A stretch of DNA of 64,000 bases, taken from contig NC_068989.1 in NCBI RefSeq assembly GCF_001194135.2, forward strand, positions 29,262,023-29,326,022. The letters are read 5' to 3'. This document shows, in pieces, positions 1-12,349 of the stretch; position 1 is the first letter of the stretch, and each line of letters opens with the position of its first letter. A program made the position numbers and the translations under genes. Source of the stretch: Octopus bimaculoides. Taxonomy: Eukaryota. Under the pieces are notes generated by a model that was given only the letters and a program-made list of their open reading frames with translations, was not told where the DNA came from and ran no database searches.

Positions 1-36
<36 letters not shown>
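1..36. repeat. (TA)n microsatellite; a compound (TA)/(TG) tract follows at about 150-235
   Basis: Direct reading of the sequence. Confidence 0.98.
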
Positions 37-38
<2 letters not shown>

Positions 39-739
39 ACAGGAAGGACAACAAAAGAAAGAGACCTCGATATTATGCAAATAGAGGAATTTATCTGTAA
101 AAATATGTGACACTTATTCAGTAGCCATGATAAATCTCTGAGTTTTGGATGCCAGATATATGTATGTATGTATATATATATATATGTGTGTGTGTGTGTA
201 TATATATATGTATGTATATATGTGTGTGTGTATATCAATGTGCTTCATTGTGATATCAATGGTGCTCCATTGTGATAGGTAGAAACTCCAAGCATTGTAA
301 ACCATGGCCCGGACCATGTTTACCAGCATGAACGTCAGACTTTTCTAAGAAAATTCTGGAAATGATCAACTGATGTAAAGTTATTTTTATTTATACAAAA
401 AAAGTGCGTAAATTACATGGGTTTTTACAGCATATGAAACTTAATAGCAGACTAAAGGCAGATATTGTTCTGACATATTTATACTCTCCTGAAAGATGAT
501 GCAATATATTGTAAGAATTCTGTCATTACATAGAAATATTGCACTACCCTATAACCTAGCAGATTGAAGGTGATGCAATACCACACAAATTTATAGGAAT
601 ATTTTCATAATTTTTCCCATTCTATCTAAAATTCAGCAAATAAATTGAATACAATTTTATCTATTTTATATCTGATAAATATCTAGGAAAATAATATTTG
701 AAACTGCTTTTATTCTGTTTGGAATGACGAGAGTATTGT

Positions 740-968
740 CTGAATTTAATTCGAGGGTCCAATGGACCCATACAGTAATGAATGCATAAAGTAAAATTTT
801 CTAGCTTATATAAACATACGGAAAATTTCCTATTTAACAAATAAAAGAGAGTCAAGAAAAAATAAGAGTTACGAGAAATCATCAGAATCAAATAATATAA
901 ACAGTAGGAAAAAGCAACTGAAAAAACTGAAATGAGTCCATTGGACCCATTGGTAGACAGAGGGTTAA
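740..968. mobile_element. One end of a piggyBac-like non-autonomous element
   Basis: Ends ...GGTAGACAGAGGG|TTAA (TTAA at 965-968). The near-palindrome GGGTCCA(A/T)TGGACCC occurs twice (about 755-770 and 935-949). No matching other end was seen. Confidence 0.55.
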
Positions 969-1069
969 ATGAAATTCAAGCAATTCGATATTAACAGTAT
1001 TTTCAATATTACCTTGACATTTAAGGCAGTGAGCTGGAAGAATCTTTTGCATGTCTGCTAAAATGCTTA

Positions 1070-1212
1070 GCTGCATTTTGTCTGACTTTATGTTATGAGT
1101 TCAAATTCCGCTGAGTGGATAAAATACGTACCAGTTGAACTCTGGGATTAATGCAATCCACATGCCCCTCCCCTGAAATTGCTGGCCTTGTGCCAAAATC
1201 TGAAGCCAATAT
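1070..1212 (+). mobile_element. tRNA-derived SINE, family A (GGCGGTGAGCTGGCAG type), partial
   Basis: B-box-like GAGTTCAAATTCC and the 3' part aaattgctggccttgtgccaaaat, shared with many copies in the window. Confidence 0.85.
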
Positions 1213-1404
1213 TACCTTGACATTTAAGGAGTTTTAATTTTCTATTTTCTTCACTTCCCTCTACTTGTATTTCATTTATTTGATCTTAATAGATTAAAAT
1301 AGAGAGTAACAAGCTTGATTATGGAGTGGAGAGTTAATGAGGTTTTTATTTTTTGTTTGTTTGTTTTTTTTTTTATTTCGTCACCTATTGAGAAATAGGT
1401 AACA

Positions 1405-1602
1405 GGCGGTGAGCTGGCAGAAACGTTACCCTGTTAAGCGAAATGCTTAGCAGTATTTCGTCTGCCGTTATGTTCTGAGTTCAAATTCCGCCAAGGTCGA
1501 CTTTGCCTTTCATCCTGGGGTTGATGTAATCGACTTAATCCCTTTGTCTGTCCTTGTTTGTCCCCTCTATGTTTAGCCCCTCATGAGCAATAAAGAAATA
1601 AG
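1405..1602 (+). mobile_element. tRNA-derived SINE, family A
   Basis: A-box-like GGCGGTGAGCTGGCAG, B-box GAGTTCAAATTCCG and conserved body gtcgactttgcctttcatcc. Confidence 0.9.
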
Positions 1603-2613
1603 AAATAGGTAATTCTGCCGCACCAAAGTTTGAATTCAATAGTTAACATTCCAGTAATTTGTTGAAATGCAGGGATAGTCATGCAAAAAAAACCAGATAA
1701 TTTAAAAAATATGTCTGTTAATGGGGGGAAAAAATCATGTAAAGAATAACAAAGGAACAAAGAACATGCATATTAAATATGACAGATTTTAAACCATTAG
1801 TAGTAAAACAAAATAAAACAACACTATTTTTCTATTAGTGAACCGTTTCTCTGGAAGACATAAACAGGAGATATCTTCTTTTTCCCTTTACAGCTAATAC
1901 ATTTTTAACAATAGCTAAAAGTTCAGTTTATCAAGTGAATGTAAATTATTTGGCAATGGCCTCATAGCTATGAGGTATAAACAAATGTCTACAGAATCTT
2001 CTGAAGCAAAATTATTAAGGATTGTGAGGGAAAAGAGAAACTAGTAAAAAGAAGCTATTATAAAATAGCTGTTGAATTTTCATTGAAACCGGTTAGAAAT
2101 CACAGAAATAAAGCCTCTGTAATCCCAGGAGACTTAGACTTTCCTAATCCCATATGTATCTTTGATTTGTTTGTTGGTTTATCTTACTCTTCAAAAAACT
2201 ACTAACTCTGTTGACTGTTAGCAAGAACCAATAATCAAAGCTATTAAACTAGAATATAAACCATTTTTATCCTTTTTTTTTTTTTTGAAAGAAAACCAAT
2301 ATTTTCTTACCAATATTTTCAAATGACCAAAACCAAAACTAAAAACTAAAAGACAAAGTAAAAGTCTATCAGCTCAATTTCTAGTAGAGACACAACTAAC
2401 TGTTTACTGATAAGTAATATATGGAGCAAAACCTAGCACATTTGTAACTACCATATCAAAACTTCATAACAAATGATTATCATATTCCATTTTGGGTTAT
2501 GATATTCAATGCTTCTATAGTTTTTATTTTCTTGCTTGTTTGTTTTTTATCTTTTTTTTTTTTAATGTCTTGGGGTTGGAGGAAGAGGCAGCACCCATGT
2601 TCTTTGCAGATCC

Positions 2614-2673
2614 TCATAAACCAGTAAGATTGATACCATTAATTTTCCTCCTCGAACATTTGTAACTCAATGA
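2614..2673 (-). other. Candidate terminal coding exon (SLSYKCSRRKINGINLTGL*)
   Basis: Acceptor tctttttttgtag, phase-0 open frame to TGA, AATAAA about 90 nt downstream. No homology recognised. Confidence 0.2.
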
Positions 2674-3163
2674 CTACAAAAAAAGATAGCGAGTTGCTAA
2701 GTTTCTGTATACATGTGTTTACTCATCCATTCTTCTTAACACAAAACTCTACATTTGTTTCAAATTTCCAAATGATTTTTATGAATTCTTCAAATTAAGC
2801 TCTATTAATGTAAACATTATGGATATCACACAATGCATGTGTTTTGTCTAAATGCTTTTAGGCTGCAGCATTTCATCCAAGAAAGTCTCTTTAAAATATA
2901 GAGTGTTAAAAAAACAATGTATACCTCACAACCAGGTGAAACAAATTACCTTGTAGGTGAATGAGAATGGTAGCTATTGATATTTTTGCTGTTATTTCAG
3001 CTCATCAGTACCATCAATAATGTTTATATTATTAGAGCTAATTCTAACTCAAAATTTTAATTTGTTTTACTTGTGCAGCACTGATACACATCAACTGATA
3101 GATTTTATGTTATCTGTATATACCTGAGATCAACAATTTGAACTAATTTGGAGGGTGACTTTA

Positions 3164-3164
<1 letters not shown>

Positions 3165-3227
<63 letters not shown>
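3165..3227. repeat. (TA)n microsatellite
   Basis: Direct reading. Confidence 0.98.
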
Positions 3228-3229
<2 letters not shown>

Positions 3230-3235
3230 TTCTAA

Positions 3236-3405
3236 CCTTTTATTTGTTTCAGTCATTGCACAGCAGCCATGACAGGGCACTACCTTGAAGGGTTTTAGGA
3301 CTCCAGCACTTAATTTCATAAGTCTGGTACTTATTCTATTAGTTTCTTTTGCTGAACTGTTAAGTTACAGGGTCAAAACCAAACACCAGTTGTTATACGA
3401 TGGAT
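3236..3405 (+). mobile_element. SINE-like repeat, family B (tttgtttcagtcatt...gccatg type)
   Basis: Homologous copies at 20882-21095 (opposite strand) and 41925-42130. Confidence 0.8.
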
Positions 3406-3759
3406 GGTGGGAGGGAAACACTGGTGTGCATGCATACACATACACAATACACTTCCACACAGTTTCTCTCTACTGAATTCACTCATAAGGCATTGAATGG
3501 GACTAAGTTCAAAACTAGTTGGTCACAAAGTGAGCTTCTTAACCACACAGCTATAGCTGCACCTATATATGAAGTTGGTGTTCTAAGATAGTATTGCAGA
3601 GTTGATCACGTCTGCCGTACATGGGCAGTTTCCTAAAGGAAGTGCCTACCCCACTTACCACTACTCTACTTATGAATATGCCACAAAAGAAAGACAATCA
3701 ATAGATTCACAGCATCCACAGAGCTTCAGAGGGTGCCAGATATTGGTATATACTGGCTA

Positions 3760-4140
3760 TGTGGTAAGAAGTTTGCTTCCCAACCACATGGCTCCAGGTT
3801 CAATCCTATTACATAGCACTTTGGGTAAGTATCTTCTACCATAGCCCTGGACGAACCAAAGCCTTTGAATGGATTTGGTAGATGAAAACAGAAAGAAGCC
3901 AGTCTTATGTGTGTGTTTGTGTCCCCTTGTCTTAACATTGCATGATAGTTGTAAATGAGTGTTACTGTCATACAAGCAATGTCATTCATTTCCAATATTT
4001 TGCAAGAACATGTCTGGCCATGGGGAAATATTACTTTGCTTGGCAACAGGAAGAGCATCTAACTGCAGAAAATCTGCCTCAAATATACTCTATCCAACCC
4101 ATGCAAGCATGGAAAAGTGGATGATAAATTATGATGACAT
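3760..4140 (+). mobile_element. tRNA-derived SINE, family C, with RTE-derived 3' tail
   Basis: Head gtggtaagaagtttgcttcccaaccacatgg..ggttcaatcc, body ttgggtaagtatcttctaccatagcc, and tail ccaacccatgcaagcatggaaaagtggatg(atga)n shared with RTE 3' ends here. Confidence 0.85.
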
Positions 4141-4514
4141 ACATAAATATATAGAGACAACAGAAAGATGTTCCAACTGGATCTGGTCAAGGAGGAACAA
4201 AAATGACTCCATACTATTTGAAGACAATATTTTGGTATCTTAATGTTAAGGGAAATAACTCTGAGTGATTCATTGTGAAAGCGTTGACAATTTACTGCTA
4301 CCATGACAACTGACATTATTTCTTCTTTAAGTATAACTTTGAAAGCTGAATCAGAGAGGAGTTACAACTAGTTAAAATCTCTAAGCAGTTTAAATGCACA
4401 AGTCTCTGATATCCAAGTAGCTAAAAAGTGTCAATAGAAGGGCACCGATGAGTTATGATCTGGACGCAGACCAGCCCCCTTAGAATGTAAGAAGTTAAGG
4501 GCCAAAACACTTGC

Positions 4515-4586
4515 CTGAAGTGGGTTTCTTCTCTGAAGATCTTCTGCTGTGCAATTCTGAGAATTTCTTACCACTATATAGAAGCA
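4515..4586 (-). other. Candidate internal exon, 72 nt (CFYIVVRNSQNCTAEDLQRRNPLQ), with GC donor
   Basis: Acceptor ttctttggattcag and perfect GC-AG-type donor CAG|GCAAGT. An alternative acceptor at ctatatag gives GKKFSELHSRRSSEKKPTS. Confidence 0.3.
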
Positions 4587-4767
4587 CTGAATCCAAAGAA
4601 TGCTCAAAACACAAATGTATGTGTGTGCATTCATGTTCATGCATATTTGTGGATGCAGATACCAAAGTCCTACTTCTGTTTATAATTATGAACATTAGAA
4701 ACAAGTTTTTTAATATGACTCACTCTCTCAACTTTTTCATATAGCAACTCATTACTTAATGTCATAC

Positions 4768-4878
4768 TTGCTTGAAGAGGAAATCCTCAAAAGGCTGGTA
4801 TTCAACTTCAGCCATATTTTGTTTTAGTATTAAAAGCAGCTCGCCCATTTATGTGACTATTGAATGATAAAGGATACC
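4768..4878 (-). other. Candidate exon with ATG at 4848 or 4815 (MAEVEYQPFEDFLFKQ)
   Basis: Acceptor ttctaagtttcag, donor CAA|GTATGA; phase 0, compatible with the 4515-4586 candidate. Confidence 0.25.
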
Positions 4879-4959
4879 CTGAAACTTAGAACACAACTTG
4901 TAAAGTGATGACATATATGATAGAAGCACTAGATTCATTTCATTACATTAATATAAGCT

Positions 4960-5150
4960 TAAGATGATAGAGTTGTGAAAGTATCACTATGTTCCAGCAT
5001 CCTGCACTCTGAGTTCAAATCCAGCCAAAGTCAATGTTGTTGCAATCTGTCTGGAGTTAATAAATAAAAGGGCATGGAAAAAGGTACCTTGTGGTATTTA
5101 CTACAGCTCTTTGCATTTTGAGTTCAAATCCTGCCATGGCCTACTTGGGT
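4960..5150 (+). mobile_element. Degenerate family A SINE fragments
   Basis: Two ctgagttcaaatcc B-box-like segments with flanking SINE body sequence. Confidence 0.6.
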
Positions 5151-6659
5151 TCCTTTAGTGCAATCTACTCTGTTGCAAACAGTTTGAAGCTAACTTCTAC
5201 CCCTCTCACCAGTCTTGGAAGCTCTATAATAGGTTATGGGCACTGTCCTTTCCCCCTTTAACCCCCCTCCTCCTCTCAACAAAAGGAAGATAATTCTAGA
5301 ATCAATTTCACAGTAAACACACATCCAGCCCATATCATTATTGTGGTTAATAGAAAGAAAAACATCTTAGCTTATGTTCCTCAGCTAAATCTGTAAACAA
5401 TACTATGTAGCTGGAAACATCACCAACAATAACATGCCAAGAGAGATTAAAGAAGACCTAGCCAAAAGCAGTCAGGTTCAACCTAAAAATATTGGATCAT
5501 CTCAGAGAAGAAATAATTTGGGAAGACTGGATTGCAAACCTGCATATCACATGCCAGAATGGGTTGAAATAAATAATTATATTGATTTTTAAAAAAACTA
5601 ACAATGGGGAATCCAAGTTAAACTGTTTCCATGAATGAATATTTTTCTTAAAATACAGAGTGATTACAATGGTATAATGTGTGTGTAAACACATGCATCC
5701 ACATACCATAAGCAATACATTTGGTCTCTTTTCACAATTCCAACATAAACATCCTCCAGTAAAAGAAAAAAAAGTATCAAGAAGAAAAATCCATTAAGTT
5801 AACTAAACTAGGAAACCAAAAGCCACTCATTCAAGCAAACATTAGAAGTGAAATCCAGAAGAAATTTCAAAAGATATGCAGCTCTAAAAAGATTAGGAAG
5901 TTTTAAAAATGCAAGATTCTTTTAAAAAATTCACCTGACCTTTTGGCTTTATGCAGTGGTGTTTCTTCAAAGTTTGACTTTTTGTGGTTTCTGCCAGTTT
6001 GAATAAGGAAAAAAATCAATATATTTTAATAAAGAAAACAAAGAATAAATTTTTAAAAATCACAAACAAAATAATCATAATGGCAACATCAATGCTTCAA
6101 GAAAAATGGTTCAACAAAAACTATAAAAGTAAAAATACTATGATGGGCATATCTTTAATATATGGCAGCATGATACCAAAAACATTAGATTATTGAATTT
6201 GAGCAGAAATAACCAGAAATTAACTTGTTTTAAAACTTCCTCAGTTTATAAAAAATACTAAACAAGATAAGTTCTAATGAAGTATGAAGAGCACTAATAT
6301 ACCACTAGAGTTGGTCACAGCTAATACATTGATATAGAATTGGGGAAGGAGACAGGATTAACATTACTTAATTTAATAAGATTGAAAATAGAACACTGAA
6401 GCAATTAGAGCAATAATGATATATAGATTCATCACCTGAGATAAAGAAATAGGGTCATCCAAAAATAATATTTGACAGGTTTATCTTGGCTTTAAAAAAA
6501 ATCCTTTAAAAAACTGGCTTCATTTTTATTCCATTCTTCAGCTATTCTTACAAGTATGTTTTCTAGCTAACTGTCTTTTACTCTCTGATATTGACTTCTT
6601 ATAATATAGTTTCTGTTTTCTCCCACTTGAATGTCAGTGTTTAAACAGCACAACCATTT

Positions 6660-6661
<2 letters not shown>

Positions 6662-6721
<60 letters not shown>
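6662..6721. repeat. (TA)n microsatellite supplying the TA target of the adjacent mariner
   Basis: Direct reading. Confidence 0.97.
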
Positions 6722-6725
<4 letters not shown>

Positions 6726-8003
6726 GTCATCCCATAAATATTGCAGTTTTTTTATACTTCTTTTATTTTTCAAAATTATGATAAATAAAGTTCTTTTTTA
6801 ATCTAAAATATACTCTCCTTCATTTTCTACAATGCTCTTCCACCTATCTGGTAGACTTGCAAGGCCCCTCTTCCAAAATTTACTTGACCATGACGAAAAA
6901 TACTCATCCAGTACTGTTCTGACCTCATTTACAGAATTCAAATTTTTTCTGTCCAAATGATTTTGAAGACTGCAGAATAAATGATAATCAGATGGAGCAA
7001 TGTCCACTAAATATGGTGGATGGGGCAACGTTTGCCATTCAAACTACTCCAGCCTCTGGAATGTCATCCTCGCCATATGTGGCTGAGCATTATCCTGGTG
7101 AAAGGACACCTTTCGTCTTGAAACCAAAGATGGTTGTTTTTCTTCTAGCACTGACTTAAGCCACTCAAGCAGCTCACAGTAGATCTCCTTTGTTATCGTT
7201 TCATTTGGGTTTAAAAGTTCAAAGCGGACTAAACCTTTCATATCCCACCAAACAGATAACAACACCTTACATGGTGAAGACCTTCTTTAGTCTGAGGTGC
7301 CGGTGTTTCTCTTTTTCCCTACCCACTGACTTTGGCATTTGACATTTTTATAGAGAATCCATTTCTCATCACCAGTCACTATTTGGTCCAAAACAAAGTT
7401 CATTCCTGAGACATGACAGCAAAGAACACACATTCACTCTCTGCGCGCAATTAGATTCGGAAAGTTTGTGAGAAACCCACTGACCTAATTTACTGACTTT
7501 TCCGATGGCATGCAGGTGTCGATGAATGGTTGAATGACCAAATCCAAGCTTCTCTGCTAGTTCCTAAACAGTTACTGTGGGATTTTGTTCCACCAGAGTT
7601 TGCAGGACTTCTCGTCAAGCTCTACAGATCTTCCAGGACAAAGTTCATCTTCTAGGCTGACGTTTCCGGCTCAGAATTTCTGGAACCACCATTGACACTG
7701 GCTGATGTTTATTGTCTGATCCCCATATACCTCATTAATATTCCTCACACTTTCCATCATGTTGTTGCCTTTATTGAACTCATAAAGCAAAATATGCCGA
7801 ATATTCTCCTTTGTTCCTTCCATTACAGCTTTGAAAAAATAACTGCTAAAATCAAACTACACTCTTCAAAACTTGCACTAAGAATAAGGAGAAGGTAAAA
7901 TTACTACCTGCTTTTATAGCAAGTTGATGCAGGTAGTTTATCCCCCCACTCTGACTTTTAGCTCGTGTAATTTTTAAAACCGCATTATTTATGGAATGAC
8001 CCA
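6722..8003 (-). mobile_element. Full-length, inactive mariner (D,D34D) DNA transposon, about 1.28 kb
   Basis: TIRs TTGGGTCATCCCATAAATATTGCAGTTTT and, as reverse complement, TGGGTCATTCCATAAATAATGCGGTTTT; TA on both sides; transposase remnants between them. Confidence 0.95.
6798..7823 (-). pseudogene. Mariner transposase with stops and frameshifts
   Basis: Start MEGTKENIRHILLYEFNKG; LSVWWD, FHQDNAQPH and HPPYLVDIAPSDYHLF (HPPYSPDLAPSDY motif); ends WKSIVENEGEYILD. Confidence 0.93.
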
Positions 8004-8542
8004 TAAAGTCAAGAGTAGAGAAAAAAATCCTTCATGCAATGACGAGTAAAAAGAGAATTTAATCTAAAAGATAAGAAACATGTATAAATAAAATGTACTT
8101 TTATCAATATCACTGAAGAAGACAGTTTGAGAAATAACTTGGTAACTCAATAATGGCATATTGCATAAAACCAAAATAATTGACCACTTGATATTTTAAC
8201 ATCGTTTTGAAAATAACAGGATGACTTTATATCTTACACAGACACTAGGCTATATACTTGTAAGATAGAAGTATAGTTAACTGAATCAATACCAATTCAT
8301 TACATGTACTTTATCAAACCTCAGAAAGAGGAAGGCAAGCATCAGTTCCTTACTTTCAATAACAGCAAAAGTAACCTTTAAAGGGATTTGGGAAAATTTC
8401 CTTAACCTACAAAAGCAGATTTATGGAAGCTAAGATCTATTTTGACTGATATGACTGAACAGGAGATACTAAATTACAGATTTGATTTTTTTTCCTATGT
8501 TGAATTAAATAAGTTAAAATATAAACAGTAATGATCTCAGAG

Positions 8543-9193
8543 GAAACTAGAGGGTAGATGAATGGCTTGTGAAAGCAGTACAGGCTATGTACAGCAGTAC
8601 TGTTAGTGAGGTATGAGTTAGCCATAAGTACAGTGAAGAATTTAGTGTACAGGTAGGTGTTCACCAAGGCTCAGTCCTAGGACCCCTCCTATTCATCATC
8701 ATCCTCCAGGCCATAACAGAGCAATTTAAAACTGGAAGCCCATGGTAACTACAATATGCTGATGATCTTGCCCACATAGCAGAATCTATAACAGAATTAC
8801 CAAAGAAATTCTAGGAGTGGAAACAAAACCTGGAATTACAGGATCTTAAGTTAACTTAGCAAAGATCACATTCCCTAGTAAGCAAGAAATCAGACAGGAC
8901 TCTACCTGCTTCAGGTAAATGCCCCTACTTGATATATAGGATGGGTGCAGGTAGAAATTCCATTTGGTGTAACCAGTGCAAGCTATGGATACACCAGAGG
9001 TGCAGTGGAATAGTAGGAAGGTTAACAGAGAAAGTAGTGTTTGTATGTGGAAGATGTACAGGAGCCATAAAGACTACAGATACAAGGACTTCCTCAAATG
9101 TCCCAGAGGCTCTGTGAAAGTTGTGGATAATTTCTGCTACCTAGGTGACCTGACTAGCAGTGAAGGAGGATGTGCCAAAAGTTTAATTGTTAA
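8543..9193 (+). mobile_element. RTE-clade LINE, RT portion (5' part of a copy split by piggyBac)
   Basis: VGVHQGSVLGPLLFII...YADDL, the CNQCKLWIHQRC cysteine motif, and VVDNFCYLGD...GGCAKSLIV. Confidence 0.92.
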
Positions 9194-11504
9194 CCCTTTT
9201 AAAACAGTTGATGTAAACTTACGTTTGCAATGTACATGCTTTAAATCAGTCAACGTAATTATACGTTGCCTAACTTAGAACCTATCGCCTGAGTTAGTAC
9301 TGGTTCACCTGCTGACTGATAGGCCAATTAGATATTTCATGTAAATATTAATAATCTGATAGGTTGGTCCCGCCACTCTAGCTCTGTCAACTTCGTCATC
9401 ACATCCTGTTTCGTCAAATTTACAGTCGCCACGTCCTACTACTCTGGCTCCATCGACTTCATAGTTGTGTCCTGTTTCATTGAATTTACAGTCGTCACAC
9501 CAAGCCCCACCACCTCACCAGTTGTTTCTTCCAGTTCAGATGATGACTCAGAGAGTGAGTATTTTCCTAGTTCAGAATCAGATGATTCTGATAGCAATGA
9601 TGGTATTCCAGTGAATCAAAGGTATGGGTGAGCAGTAGTGAATGGCCCTGGATAACAGAATGTCATGTGGTGAGCAAGAGACAATTTCATCCAACAGCAT
9701 GAGTTTACTGGTATGCCTGGTATAAAGGAAAACTTTGAACATGGAAGCTCGTCATTGGAAATTTTCCAAGAGTTTTTGATGGATGAAATGTTCCAATATA
9801 TAACAAACAAAACAAATGACTATGCTGAAAACCACCCCCAGCATGTCAGACCCAGACACGATGGTGATTGGTTTTCAACAACAGGGGACGAAATCAAAGT
9901 TGTACTTGCCCTGCTGATACTGACAGACATCATGAAGAAACTGACCCTGGTGTCATATTGGAATCGGGATCCAACCACGTCGACACCTTTCTTTCCAGGA
10001 ACAATGCCACATGATGGATTTTTGGTGTTTCTTTGAAATTTACATTTCAACTCAGGCAAGAACCAGGATGACAGGCTGCACAAAATAATCCTATTAGTGA
10101 CAAAGTGACTGAAAATTTCAGAACAGTCCATGTCCCCACACAGGACATTTGTACAGATAAGAGTTTGTGGAAATTCAAGGGAAGGCTCCGGTTCAAACAA
10201 TACAAACCGATCAAACATGCCCGCTTTGGAGTCAAGGTTTATAAAATATGCCAATCAAATAGTAGAGCCTGTGGGTACACATGGAATTACAAAATCTACA
10301 CTGGTCAGGACAGATTGGTATCTTCCAGCATCTACTCTAGCGTCAATTGATATTGTGTTGACACAGAATGAAAACTTGTTTGACAAATGCTACAATATTT
10401 ATATGAACAACTGGTTTTCCAGTTCAAACTTCTTCCTGTAGCTGCCCTATGAGGCTGTGAGGACTCACAGGAAAAACATGCCACCCAATCTTCACAAAAT
10501 AAAACTTTGAAAGGGGGAACAGCATACAAATGCACCAATAGCAGCATTCTAGCTCTAGTGTGGAGTAACAAGAAAAACGTCTGCATGTTATCCACAATAC
10601 ATTCTGCAAGCATGATGGACACTAGGAAATAATATGCAGACAGTAACACCATAATAAAACCAAGTGTAGTTGTTTCATACAATGAAGGGACGGGTAGGGT
10701 TGATTGCTCAGATCAGCTGGCAATGACACACAAATTGGTGAGAAAATTCGGGAAATGGTACAAAAAAATTTTCTTGTATATAGCTGACATGTGTGTCATG
10801 AACTCACATTCGGTTTGGCAGATGCTTGGTGGTGTGGGGGATGGATTGACATTCAGGAATCTATTGTCCCATGAAATGATAGAAGCATCAGACCTGCCAA
10901 AGTACAGAACACATAGACGTCCCCACACCAGACTCTCTTTTTACCACATGGTGAAGAGACGTGGACATTTTCCACATCTGCTTCCCCTCAACGCCAAGAA
11001 GACAAATGCTTCAAAGAGATGCACAGTATGTAAAGCAAAAGGGAAACATAAGGAAACTAGATACCATTGTTCACAATGTGATGTGCCACTGTGTGTGGTA
11101 CCCTGTTTTGAACTCTACCACACTAAAATCAATTTTTGAATTCACATGATTGTAAATACATGAAGTTGATCTGACTTGTGCTGTCGAGTAATCTTATTCA
11201 GGAATAATACTGCATGAGCGTCCTGCACAGGGATACAGTTTAGGTAAATAAACAGCACTTGCACTAAAGTGGTTGACATAAATATACACTGAACATTATC
11301 TTGCTCTGAGTGCTGACCTCAATCAGCGTGATTATACTGTTGCCACGTGCAGGTAACCAAATGAGCCACCCCTGTAAACTGGTTAAAGTGGTTGAGGTAA
11401 ATATACACCGAACCATTGTCGTGCGCTAATTGCTGATCTCAGCTGAGATGATTACTCTCAATGCAACCTAGTTGCTTGATAAAAAAAAAACCGTTGTCAT
11501 AGGA
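9194..11504 (+). mobile_element. piggyBac DNA transposon (PGBD4-like transposase), 2311 bp, degenerate
   Basis: TTAA at 9190-9193 and 11505-11508; imperfect TIRs CCCTTTTAAAACAGTT and TCCTATGACAACGGTT (reverse complement). Removing it rejoins the RTE frame. Confidence 0.93.
9520..11139 (+). pseudogene. piggyBac transposase, disrupted
   Basis: Acidic Ser/Asp N-terminus; SYWNRDP, ICTDKSLWKFKGRLRFKQYKPIKHARFGVKVYKIC and IYMNNWFSS; C-terminal Cys-rich domain RCTVC...ETRYHCSQCDVPLCVVPCFELYH. Confidence 0.92.
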
Positions 11505-12225
11505 TTAAAATAAGAATAGGATAGAAAAAGGTCTCTCTCTCTCTCTCTCTCTCTCCAAGTGAAAAGAAGATTGTATGATGCATGTATATGAACTGCAATG
11601 GTATATGGTAGTGAGAAATGGGTCCTGAATGCAGAGGACATGCGAAGACAAGAGAGGAATGAAGCTGGTATGCTCTTCTGGATATGCAATGTCGGTGTGT
11701 GCATGCAACAGAGCACTAGTGCATTCAGAGAAAAATTAGGCATAAGAGGAATTAGATGCAGTGTGCAAGACAGAACACTGCATTGGTTTGGTCATATGAT
11801 ACAGATGGAAGAAGACTGTTGCATAAAGAATCACTTAAAGTGGAAGGAGGCTGTGGAAGATGGAAATCCAAGAAGACATGGGAAGAAGTATTGAGGACCA
11901 ATCTCAAAACACTGAGCCTTATGAAGGAGATGACAAAGGACCAAGATGTAGCGTATTGTTGTACTCAAGAAGACTGGCCCATCACAACAGAATTGATATC
12001 CTAAAACCAAGGTGTGACATAAAAAGCATTGGTGCTGGTGTCATGTAAAAGGTGTTGGTGTTACATAAAAAGCACTGGTGCATGTGCCATGTAAACAGCA
12101 CCAGTGATGGTGCCATGTAAAAAGCACCCAACTGTAGAAATCAAGCCAAAACAATGAAACCTGATGCAGCCCCTGGTCTTGTCAGTGCCTGTCAAGCCAT
12201 CCAACTCATGTCAGCATTTTTCAAA
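11505..12225 (+). mobile_element. RTE LINE, 3' part of the piggyBac-split copy, with a (CT)n expansion and a 3' UTR carrying about 20-bp repeats
   Basis: KIRIG.KK, GSEKWVLNAEDMRR.ERNEAGML and LHWFGHM; repeats ggtgccatgtaaaaagcac at 12020-12130; tail ccatccaactcatgtcagcat. Confidence 0.9.
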
Positions 12226-12240
12226 CCAGATTCTATGCTC

Positions 12241-12345
12241 ATCATCATCATCGTTTAACGTCCGCTTTCCATGCTAGCATGGGTTGGACGATTTGACTGA
12301 GGACTGGTGAAACCGGATGGCAACACCAGGCTCCAATCTAATGTT
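12241..12345 (-). mobile_element. RTE/SINE 3' tail in reverse orientation
   Basis: Reverse complement reads tcgtccaacccatgctagcatggaaagcggacgttaaacgatgatgatg. Confidence 0.85.
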
Positions 12346-12349
12346 ATTT

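Noticed and set aside
1405-1500. tRNA genes (A and B boxes here and in many other copies)
   Set aside because: No complete cloverleaf; each continues into a SINE body.
2988-3012. CTGATGA-GCT-GAAA on the minus strand, hammerhead-like
   Set aside because: Only 3 nt between the core boxes, so stem II cannot form, and no flanking stems were found.
5410-5592. Open plus-strand frame after a possible acceptor (MPREIKEDLAK...)
   Set aside because: No recognisable homology, weak pyrimidine tract, and a length expected by chance in purine-rich DNA.
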